Positions 31,789-39,224 of a stretch of 64,000 bases of DNA are shown here, piece by piece. Position numbers and translations under genes: made by a program. Source of the DNA: an uncultured Holophaga sp. (GTDB lineage Bacteria; Acidobacteriota; Holophagae; Holophagales; Holophagaceae); contig OY761614.1 in NCBI GenBank assembly GCA_963664825.1, positions 2,432,001-2,496,000 on the forward strand, read 5' to 3'. The notes under the pieces are model-generated. The model had not been told where the DNA came from. It did no database searches and was given only the letters and a program-made list of their open reading frames with translations. Each line of letters opens with the position of its first letter. Positions within the stretch are counted from its first letter, which is position 1.

Positions 31789-32319
31789 ATGGACCCTTTC
31801 GTCGAACTCGCCCGCCTGAGCATCCAGCACTACGTGCAATTCCAATCGGTGCTGGAGGTGATCCCCTCCCACCTGGCCTCGGTCCTGGCGGGTCAGAGGG
31901 CCGCCGTCTTCGTCTCCCTCCACACCCGGGACGGGGGACTGCGGGGCTGCATGGGCACCCTGTGGCCCGCCCAGGGGACGCTGGCCCGGGAGATCGTGCA
32001 GAACGCCGTCTCCGCTTGCGCCCGGGATTCCCGCTTTCCGCCCGTGGGTGAACACGAATTGTCGAACCTGGAGATCGGCGTGGATGTGCTCTCCGAGATG
32101 GAACCGACGGAGAGAAGCGGGCTCGATCCCAGGCGCTACGGCGTATTGGTGAGCACCGGGGACGGCCGCCGGGGGGTGCTCCTGCCGGATCTGGAGGGCG
32201 TCGATACGGTGGCCCAGCAGATATCGATCGCCTGCCGCAAGGCGGGCATCGATGGGGCCCGGGAGGGCTACACGCTACAGCGCTTCACGGTGGTGAGGCA
32301 CAGGCAGATAGTTTTGTGA
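31789..32319 (+). CDS. AMMECR1 domain protein (AmmeMemoRadiSam protein A-like)
   Basis: VFVSLH...LRGCMGT, D.RFPPV, VDVLS, LDP.RYGV, GVLLPDLEGV. Confidence 0.9.
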   Translation: MDPFVELARLSIQHYVQFQSVLEVIPSHLASVLAGQRAAVFVSLHTRDGGLRGCMGTLWPAQGTLAREIVQNAVSACARDSRFPPVGEHELSNLEIGVDVLSEMEPTERSGLDPRRYGVLVSTGDGRRGVLLPDLEGVDTVAQQISIACRKAGIDGAREGYTLQRFTVVRHRQIVL

Positions 32320-32329
32320 AAGGCCTGTC

Positions 32330-32740
32330 CTATTGAGGCGCGCCCAGGACATTCTCCAGTTGGGTGCGCACCTCGGCCAGGGTGAAGCCCTTCGCCACGG
32401 CCACCATGAGCGTGTCTTCGCCAGCCAGGGTGCCCGCCACGCCGGGCACTCGGGTGCGGTCCACGCGAATGGCCAGGGCCATGCCGAGGCCCGGGCCCGT
32501 CTGTAGCACCAGCAGATTCGGCGGGGATTCCAGCAGGGAGTAAGGGGGCAGGGGGTGATCCCGGGGAATGACCCGCGCGTATCGCCCCTCGCGCTTCTGG
32601 ACCGAGAGCTTGGCCAGGCGCCGGGAGAGGGTGCCCTGGGTGAGCTTGAAATTCTCCTCGGCCAGTAAGGCGAGCAGCTTGGCCTGATCGGGTACGGCAT
32701 GACTGACGATCAGACGCAGGATCGCCTGGTCGAGGGACAT
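32330..32740 (-). CDS. ArgR-family transcriptional regulator (paralog 1)
   Basis: DQAKLL..L.EENF.LTQGTLSRRL.KL; C-domain KT/QT.PG...LA, GTLAGEDT. Alternative start at 32758. Confidence 0.85.
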   Translation of the reverse strand: MSLDQAILRLIVSHAVPDQAKLLALLAEENFKLTQGTLSRRLAKLSVQKREGRYARVIPRDHPLPPYSLLESPPNLLVLQTGPGLGMALAIRVDRTRVPGVAGTLAGEDTLMVAVAKGFTLAEVRTQLENVLGAPQ

Positions 32741-32887
32741 TCTTCCGGATGGAGCCATGGGGACCTCTGGAAGATCCTATCTCATACCAGCCTGGGATGC
32801 GGATGGTGAACCGCAGTCTTGGAGGCGCGAATCGATCCCCTCTAAGGGATGTTCGCTCTCCGCGGCCATCCATGATTGGATGGAAGC

Positions 32888-33958
32888 ATGGCTCGGAAAA
32901 GCACCTGGATCCTGCCCCTCGCGGTCGCGGCCGCCATCGTCTGGCTGAGTCATCAGCCGCAGCTGCCCATGGGCATTTGCCTGCCTCCGCCCTGGGACAA
33001 GCTGGCCCACTTCACGGCCTTCGCCGCCCTGGCGGCCTCCCTGGAGATCACGCTGCGGCGCACCCGCCACGATCTGCCCCTCTACCGGCGCCATCTGCTG
33101 GTCTTCGCGCTGGTGATTTTCTTTGGGGCGACCGATGAGTGGCACCAGCGCTTCGTGCCGGGCCGGGACTGCGATTTCTTCGACTGGGTGGCCGATGCCC
33201 TGGGGGGTGCCTTCGGCCTGGCCCTCACCAGCCTGCCCTTCCTGGGGGGGCGGGACCTGGCGGTCTTCGGCTGGTGGCGCGGGATTCGGGAACGCTCGGA
33301 CCCGGCCCGCCCCCTCATCCTCGTGGCCGATCCCCACTGGGGGGAGGAACTCACGGGACTGCGCGAGGCCACCCTGGTCCACCCCGAGGCCGACTGGCTC
33401 TTCCTGGGGGACGTCTTCGATGTGTGGGTCGGCATCCCCGGCATGGAGACCGAGGCCCAGCGCTCCTTCCGTTGGTGGGTGGCGGAGCGGCGGGACGCAG
33501 GCCGTTGGGTGGGGCTCTGGATGGGCAACCGGGAATTCTTCCTGGATCGTCTCAGCCCGCAGTTCGCCCTGATGGGGGAAGGCATCGGCGGCGCACTGCC
33601 TCGGGAGGGCCTCCGGTGGGAGCACGGGGATTTCGTCAACGCGGGGGATCGTCCCTACCGGATCTGGAACCTGGTCTCCCGCAGCGGGCTTCTGTGGATG
33701 CTGGCCCGCCTCCTGCCGTCTCGGGGCGCCTCATGGCTGGCGGCGCGCTTGGAGAAGGCCATGCGGACCACCAATCGGGATTACAAGATGGTCTTTCCCC
33801 GGGAGGCCTTTGCCCAGGCCGCCGATCAGGAAGGGGGGGTCTTTCTGACGGGTCACTTCCATAGCCATGAGACCGAAGGGCAGGGCATCGCGCTGCCCTG
33901 GGCCCACGAAGGGAAGTTCATGGTCTGGCGGGAGGGCCGCGTTTCGACCCTCGGATAG
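32888..33958 (+). CDS. VanZ-like membrane domain fused to an LpxH-like metallophosphoesterase
   Basis: N-terminal DKLAHF..F...DEWHQRFVPGR....DW.AD (VanZ); C-terminal DPH, LGDVFDVWVG, GNREF, HGD, GHFH (calcineurin-like, LpxH-type). Confidence 0.82.
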   Translation: MARKSTWILPLAVAAAIVWLSHQPQLPMGICLPPPWDKLAHFTAFAALAASLEITLRRTRHDLPLYRRHLLVFALVIFFGATDEWHQRFVPGRDCDFFDWVADALGGAFGLALTSLPFLGGRDLAVFGWWRGIRERSDPARPLILVADPHWGEELTGLREATLVHPEADWLFLGDVFDVWVGIPGMETEAQRSFRWWVAERRDAGRWVGLWMGNREFFLDRLSPQFALMGEGIGGALPREGLRWEHGDFVNAGDRPYRIWNLVSRSGLLWMLARLLPSRGASWLAARLEKAMRTTNRDYKMVFPREAFAQAADQEGGVFLTGHFHSHETEGQGIALPWAHEGKFMVWREGRVSTLG

Positions 33959-33988
33959 GCGCCGACAGGAAGGTAATTTGGAGCTCGA

Positions 33989-34570
33989 ATGGATCGCATC
34001 GATTCAGAGGCCACGTACGAAGCCGTCCATCTTGTCGGAGGGGATTTCTCCGATCAGTGCGCCTCCATGGTGACCCTTGCCCGCAGCCAATGGACCAAGG
34101 TGGGGCTGGCGCGGACCAGCCTCTCACGGTTGGATATCCATCGCACAAAACTGGAGGGATGCGATTTGGCCAACGCGGACTGGGAGCGGGCCCGGTTGGA
34201 AAAGGTCAGCGTGAAGGAATGCCGCATGACGGGCCTCAATCTCTCGAGATCCCTGGTGAGGGAAAGCGTCTTCCAGGCCTGCGAGGCCTCCCTCAGTAAC
34301 TTCCGCGGGGTTTCCTTCAAGAAGTGCCGCTTCGTGGATTGCAATTTACAAGGTGCGGATTTCCAGCAGGCGGATTTGAGATGGGTGGTTTTCGAACACT
34401 GCAATCTGAAGCAAGCACAGATGTCATTTGCGAAGCTGGGGGGGACGGATTTCAGGGGTTCCGTGATCGATGAGCTCCAGGTGGGCATGGAGAACCTGCG
34501 GGGAGCCATCGTGGAACCTGCCCAGGCCGCCTACCTGGCGGGCTTGATGGGACTCAAGGTGATGTACTGA
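33989..34570 (+). CDS. Pentapeptide repeat protein
   Basis: Repeated A(D/N)(L/F)xx units (CDLAN ADWER, CNLQG ADFQQ ADLRW). Confidence 0.9.
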   Translation: MDRIDSEATYEAVHLVGGDFSDQCASMVTLARSQWTKVGLARTSLSRLDIHRTKLEGCDLANADWERARLEKVSVKECRMTGLNLSRSLVRESVFQACEASLSNFRGVSFKKCRFVDCNLQGADFQQADLRWVVFEHCNLKQAQMSFAKLGGTDFRGSVIDELQVGMENLRGAIVEPAQAAYLAGLMGLKVMY

Positions 34571-34581
34571 CCCGTGCCCAT

Positions 34582-34950
34582 TTACGAAGCCGCGAGAATC
34601 GCGCTGACGGCGTCCACGAGATCCTGGCCGCTGATGGGCTTGTAGAGGATCTTTCGAACGCCCATGGTCTGAAGGATGGCGTCCCTGGCCACATCCCGAT
34701 TGGCCGTCAGGATGATCACTGGGATCTGCGGATTCGTCCGCCGGACGGTTCGCGCCACATTCGTGCCGTCGAGGTTCGGCATATTAAAGTCGCTGAGCAC
34801 CAAGTCCGGCGGGGCATCCGTGATCCGAGCGATGAGATCGGCCACGGATTCGGGCAGGCAGTCCTCAACATCAAAGCCTGCATTTTCGAGATGATCCCGC
34901 GTGATCTTTCGCATGAGCGAACTATCGTCGATCACCAGGATCTTGAGCAT
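34582..34950 (-). CDS. Single-domain response regulator receiver (CheY-like)
   Basis: ILVIDDS, LSDFNMP..DG, IILTA, YKP. Confidence 0.92.
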   Translation of the reverse strand: MLKILVIDDSSLMRKITRDHLENAGFDVEDCLPESVADLIARITDAPPDLVLSDFNMPNLDGTNVARTVRRTNPQIPVIILTANRDVARDAILQTMGVRKILYKPISGQDLVDAVSAILAAS

Positions 34951-35031
34951 GGATTCTCCATAACGGGGGCCTGGGGATGATTCTACCTGGCCCGAGGGAG
35001 GAAACGAAGCGCTGCTGCGGAGGCAGACGGG

Positions 35032-35211
35032 TCAGTGCAACTGGACGTGAACGCCGGCGAAGGCCGTGGCGGGGCCGCAGAAACGCCATCCGGGACAGGC
35101 GGCACCCGAGCAGCTGCTTCGGCCGCAGCGGGGCGATGGGGTGGTGGGGATCCGGCGCTGGGGGGAACCGAGGGCGGGCACGAGTCTGGGGGTAGTCTTC
35201 GGACCTTTCAC
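35032..35211 (-). CDS. Small Cys-rich protein (59 aa, Cx4Cx4Cx5C)
   Basis: GGAGG RBS 4 nt before the GTG; sequence MKGPKTTPRLVPALGSPQRRIPTTPSPRCGRSSCSGAACPGWRFCGPATAFAGVHVQLH; upstream TTGACG-N17-CATTAT promoter. Confidence 0.5.
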   Translation of the reverse strand: MKGPKTTPRLVPALGSPQRRIPTTPSPRCGRSSCSGAACPGWRFCGPATAFAGVHVQLH

Positions 35212-35252
35212 GGAGCCTCCATTTGCCGAGGGATGCATCAAGGATGAGGGAA

Positions 35253-35428
35253 TGCAAATTTGCAAAAATATCTGCAAATTGCCGAGAATTCCGTGTTCCT
35301 TGTGCAAATAATGCGATACGGTCCAGCCCTCGTCAAGGGTGATTCTAGGTCCTGCAAAGAATTTCAAGGTTCATGACAATTCGGGATCTTGCAATTTTGT
35401 GCAAATATGTGCAAATTGATGCAATGCA
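35253..35428. promoter_or_regulatory. AT-rich divergent promoter region with phased TGCA(AAT) operator array (ARG-box-like)
   Basis: TGCA at 35253, 35261, 35273, 35303, 35353, 35390, 35400, 35410, 35420 and 35425; minus-strand TTGACG (35336-35331)-N17-CATTAT. Confidence 0.7.
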
Positions 35429-35834
35429 CATGGATGAGGCCATTCTCCGCCATCTGGGTTCCCGGGAGATCACAGACCAGGGGGCCCTGTTGGCCCTGCT
35501 CCGGGAGGAGGGTTTTGCATTGACCCTTTCCACCCTTTCCCGGCGCATGAAGAAATTGAATATCCGGAAGGAACGAGGCCTCTATCGGCAGGCCCTTGCC
35601 ACGCGCCCGATGGCCCAGCCCGTGAGCATCCGGAAGGTGCAGCCCTGCTTGCTCATCGTCAAGACGCGTATGGGCTCGGCCCAGGCGCTGGCGGTGGCGC
35701 TCGACGCGGCGGGGCTTCCTTCGCTGGCGGGAAGCGTGGCCGGCTACGACACGATCTTCGTGGCCCCCACGGATCCCTCTCGCCTGGATGCGCTGGAAGA
35801 TGAGGTGCAACGCTGCCTGGAGCACGGATTCTAG
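35424..35834 (+). CDS. ArgR-family transcriptional regulator (paralog 2)
   Basis: MHMDEAIL...DQGALL..L.EEGF.LTLSTLSRRMKKL; KT..G.AQALA..LD; GSVAGYDTIFV. Confidence 0.85.
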   Translation: MHMDEAILRHLGSREITDQGALLALLREEGFALTLSTLSRRMKKLNIRKERGLYRQALATRPMAQPVSIRKVQPCLLIVKTRMGSAQALAVALDAAGLPSLAGSVAGYDTIFVAPTDPSRLDALEDEVQRCLEHGF

Positions 35835-35857
35835 GAGATCTGGCGGGGCTGGCGCTC

Positions 35858-36352
35858 CTAGGCGTAGTCTCCTGGATTGCGGAGTTTGGCCGCGATGCGA
35901 TCCGCAATGGGCTCCGGCACGAAGCTGCTGATATCCCCGCCCATCATGCCGACCTCGCGCACCAAGCGGCTGGAGAGGACGCTGAATTCCTCTTTCGGCA
36001 TGAGGAAGACCGTTTCCAGATCGGGATGGAGCTTGCGGTTCATGAGCGCCATCTGGAATTCGTATTCGAAATCGCTGAAGGCCCGCACGCCCCGGATGAT
36101 GCACTGGGCCTCCTGCTCCCGGGCGAAATCCACCAGCAGCCCGTGGAAGGTCGTCACCTCCACGTTGTCCCAGGGCGCCACCAGCTCCCGCAGGAAGTCC
36201 ACCCGCTCGGCCACGCTGAAGGCCGGGTGCTTGGCTGGATTGTGGAGCACGGCCACGACGAGGTGATCCACCAGCTTCTCGGCCCGTTGGATGAGATCCC
36301 AGTGGCCCAGGGTCACGGGATCGAAGGAACCGGGATAGATGGCTTTCAGCAC
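35858..36352 (-). CDS. coaD: Phosphopantetheine adenylyltransferase
   Basis: AIYPGSFDPVTLGH, IIRGVR..SDFEYE.QMA.MN, SS.LVREV. Confidence 0.96.
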   Translation of the reverse strand: MLKAIYPGSFDPVTLGHWDLIQRAEKLVDHLVVAVLHNPAKHPAFSVAERVDFLRELVAPWDNVEVTTFHGLLVDFAREQEAQCIIRGVRAFSDFEYEFQMALMNRKLHPDLETVFLMPKEEFSVLSSRLVREVGMMGGDISSFVPEPIADRIAAKLRNPGDYA

Positions 36353-36448
36353 GGAGACTCCAGCTTGATGCAAATGCAGCCTGCATCATGACGGATCCAG
36401 GCCCCATCGCGAAAGGTGTATCCTGGCTTTTCCCAGTGCGAGGTGATC

Positions 36449-37612
36449 GTGCCGTCCTTTCGAAACGCATTGCTGGCCCTCGGTTTGGTCTTTGGTCTCG
36501 TGGTTCCGCTGAAGGCTGATGTGCGTCCCAAGGGGATCATCACGGCTCTGGAGATCGACGAGAACGGCATGCCCATCGTGAAGGTGCGCCTCTCCTCCAA
36601 GAAACCGGGCGTGCCGGATCGGGAATTCCGTTTCATCTTCGACACCGGGGCCGGGCTGAACGTGATCGATGCCGCACTGCCCGCAGACTACTTCTGGGAG
36701 GAACCCGCAAAACCCAAGGGTGGAAACGACACCGTGGGGGATTCCACCGGCCAGCGTATTGCCACTCGGATTGTTTGCCTCAAACGTATGGAATTTGCGG
36801 GCATGGTGCGGGACGACCTCACCGCCTTCCGAATGGACCTGAAAAATACGATGTTAGGGCGGATCCAGGACGAACCCGTGGATGGCATCCTGGGGATGAA
36901 CTTCCTGCGGGGCCCTCGATTCGTGATTGACCCCATGGCCCAGGAGATTCGCTGGTGGCAGGATATTCCGGGCCATCCCATCCCACTGGCCTTCAGTGGG
37001 AGCGGATTTACGCTGGCGGTGGAAATTGGTGGGACGGATGTTCCCTGTCTCTTGGATACGGGCGTCAACGGCGGAATCCAGGTGTCTGGGAATGTGGGGC
37101 AATCGGATGCTGCGGAGCCCTTTCTCTACGCGGGTGCCTCAGGCGAGATCAGAGTTGGCAAAATGGTGGAGATGACGCGCATGGGATCGGGCGGCAAGGC
37201 CTGGGTGAAGGTTCCATTGGCTGTGGGAGCGCCCGGTGAATGCGGCGCAGCCATCGGTCGGGACATCCTTTGGGCTGCGCCTCTGGGACTGGATTTCATC
37301 GATCATTGGGCCACCTTCACCCTGGATGCCCAAGGGAACCTGCCCTATCGGAAAACACCGTCTCGACCGTCTCTGCTATGGGAACGGCGCCTCGAAGGCA
37401 ATCGGCTTCGCGTGGGCCCCACCAATCTTACCGGTCGTTGGGCCAAGGCGGGGGTCAAGGAAGGCGACGAAGTGCTTGCCATTGGGACCCTGGAAGGCAA
37501 GGCCCTGAACCTGCGCTCGGTCATGGCTCTCTTCAAGGAGGGCGCAGCCCACACCTGGCGAGTCCGTCGCGAGGGTGCGGAGCTGCTGTTGAATATCCCT
37601 GCCGGGGATTAA
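36449..37612 (+). CDS. Exported tandem retropepsin-like aspartyl protease with C-terminal PDZ-like domain
   Basis: Signal peptide; FIFDTGA...DGILG; second LLDTG...AIG; AG.KEGDEVLAI (PDZ-like). Confidence 0.8.
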   Translation: MPSFRNALLALGLVFGLVVPLKADVRPKGIITALEIDENGMPIVKVRLSSKKPGVPDREFRFIFDTGAGLNVIDAALPADYFWEEPAKPKGGNDTVGDSTGQRIATRIVCLKRMEFAGMVRDDLTAFRMDLKNTMLGRIQDEPVDGILGMNFLRGPRFVIDPMAQEIRWWQDIPGHPIPLAFSGSGFTLAVEIGGTDVPCLLDTGVNGGIQVSGNVGQSDAAEPFLYAGASGEIRVGKMVEMTRMGSGGKAWVKVPLAVGAPGECGAAIGRDILWAAPLGLDFIDHWATFTLDAQGNLPYRKTPSRPSLLWERRLEGNRLRVGPTNLTGRWAKAGVKEGDEVLAIGTLEGKALNLRSVMALFKEGAAHTWRVRREGAELLLNIPAGD

Positions 37613-37621
37613 ACTCAAAGC

Positions 37622-38719
37622 ATGTCCAAATCCATGAACGAAAAACTGAGCGTCGGTCTTCTCTTCGGGGGCGAGAGCCCCGAGCACGAAGTGAGTATCG
37701 TCACGGCCAAGAGCATCGCCAAGCATCTGGACCCCCAACGCTTCGAGGTGCGGCCCATGGGCATCGCCCGCAACGGTGTCTGGGCGATGCTGGGGGATCC
37801 CTTTGCTCGGCTCTCTAGGGAAGAAAAACCCGAACGCAGCGATCACGCCTTCCTGCCCCTTGAAAAAGGCGCGGAGGCCTGCGAACTGCCGGATGTCTTC
37901 TTCAACGCCATCCATGGCGCGGGGGGCGAGGATGGCCAGCTGCAGGGCTACCTCGAGATGCTCCACCGGCCCTACACGGGCGCGGGGCTCTTGGCGATGG
38001 CGGCGGGCATGGACAAGTGGATCACCAAGCGCATCTGGGAATCCGAGGGGCTGCCGGTGGGGGCCTACGTCGGACTCACGGAGGAGCAGTGGCACAGGGC
38101 CCCGGGGGGCGTCCTGGATGCCGTCCGCGCCCTGGGTCTGCCGGTCTTCGTGAAACCCGCCAACACGGGCAGCAGCATCGGCATCCAGAAGGTGAAGGAC
38201 TTCACCAAACTCTCCGAGGCCATCGAGGAGGCCCTGAAGTACGACCGGCGGGTGCTGGTGGAGCGCGGCATCGATGGGCGCGAAATCGAGATCGCCGTAT
38301 TGGGAGGGGACGATCCCTTCGTCAGCGTGCCCGGAGAAGTCCTGGTGGCGGGGGATTTCTACGATTTCAAGGACAAGTATCTGGATGGCAAGAGCACGAC
38401 GTCCGTGCCCGCGGATCTGCCGGGCGCCCTGGCCGACCGGATCCGCAGCCACGCCCGGGCGGCCTTCCGGAGCCTGGACGCCTTCGGCATGGCGCGCATG
38501 GACTTCTTCCTGGAGCGGGGCACGAACCGCATCTTCCTCAACGAGATCAACATGATCCCGGGATTCACCAATATCTCCATGTATCCCAAGCTGATGGAGG
38601 CCTCCGGCCTGCCCTATGGGGAGCAGCTCTCTCGCCTCATCGAGCTGGCCTTCGTGCGCCATGCCCAGATGGAGGGGAAGCAGCGAGGCTTCGAGAGCGG
38701 GAGCCGCTGGTTCGCCTAA
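37622..38719 (+). CDS. ddl: D-alanine--D-alanine ligase
   Basis: FGGESPEHEVS, HG..GEDG, MDK, FVKPA..GSSIG, FYDF..KY, NEIN.IPG. Confidence 0.96.
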   Translation: MSKSMNEKLSVGLLFGGESPEHEVSIVTAKSIAKHLDPQRFEVRPMGIARNGVWAMLGDPFARLSREEKPERSDHAFLPLEKGAEACELPDVFFNAIHGAGGEDGQLQGYLEMLHRPYTGAGLLAMAAGMDKWITKRIWESEGLPVGAYVGLTEEQWHRAPGGVLDAVRALGLPVFVKPANTGSSIGIQKVKDFTKLSEAIEEALKYDRRVLVERGIDGREIEIAVLGGDDPFVSVPGEVLVAGDFYDFKDKYLDGKSTTSVPADLPGALADRIRSHARAAFRSLDAFGMARMDFFLERGTNRIFLNEINMIPGFTNISMYPKLMEASGLPYGEQLSRLIELAFVRHAQMEGKQRGFESGSRWFA

Positions 38720-38875
38720 AGGTGCACTCCCGGTAGCCGCCGACGCGAGTGGCGAAGCGGGTAACGGAGGGCGCATGCGCCCGGAGTTGGGACCCGCCGA
38801 CACGAGTGGCGGGGATTCCTTGCCCCTTGTGGGATTCCCCCAGGGATCTATGCTGAGTTTCACGGGGGGTTTCCC

Positions 38876-39193
38876 ATGGGTGTGAACGCGATCGGGCTTT
38901 CGGGCATGAATGCTGCGGCGCTGGGTGTTGCCGTCACCGCCAATAACGTGGCCAATGTGAACACCCGTGATTTCAAGGCCCAGCGGCTCGATCAGGAGGA
39001 TCTGGCCCAGGGCGGAACCCGTCCGGCCGCCCTGCGGGAGAGCCAGGAGCCTATGGCGCCGGAAGGCTCCAATGTGGATCTGGCCAGCGAGATGACGAAC
39101 CTCATCAGCCAGGGGGGCGCCTACCAGGCCAATGTCAAAGCCCTCCAGACCCAGGATCAGATGCTGGGCACGGCCATGGATCTGAAGGCCTGA
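38876..39193 (+). CDS. Small flagellar basal-body rod-like protein (FlgB/FlgC N- and C-terminal motifs)
   Basis: SGM.AA...V.ANNVANVNT..FK and SNVDLA.EM..LI..Q.AYQAN. Confidence 0.85.
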   Translation: MGVNAIGLSGMNAAALGVAVTANNVANVNTRDFKAQRLDQEDLAQGGTRPAALRESQEPMAPEGSNVDLASEMTNLISQGGAYQANVKALQTQDQMLGTAMDLKA

Positions 39194-39224
39194 CGATTCC
39201 CCTCTGTCCTGGCAGACTCTGGGG

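Noticed and set aside
33989..34570. Qnr-type quinolone resistance gene
   Set aside because: Generic pentapeptide repeats only; a Qnr assignment cannot be made by eye, and there is no mobile context.
35326..35336. Identical TTGACGAGGGC in this promoter and the pilM promoter (49720)
   Set aside because: Six of the 11 bases are the -35 consensus; the rest is within chance.
32888..38719. Glycopeptide resistance (van) cluster suggested by VanZ plus a D-Ala ligase
   Set aside because: No vanH, vanX, vanR or vanS; the ligase has the D-Ala-D-Ala-type KY omega-loop; the host is diderm.
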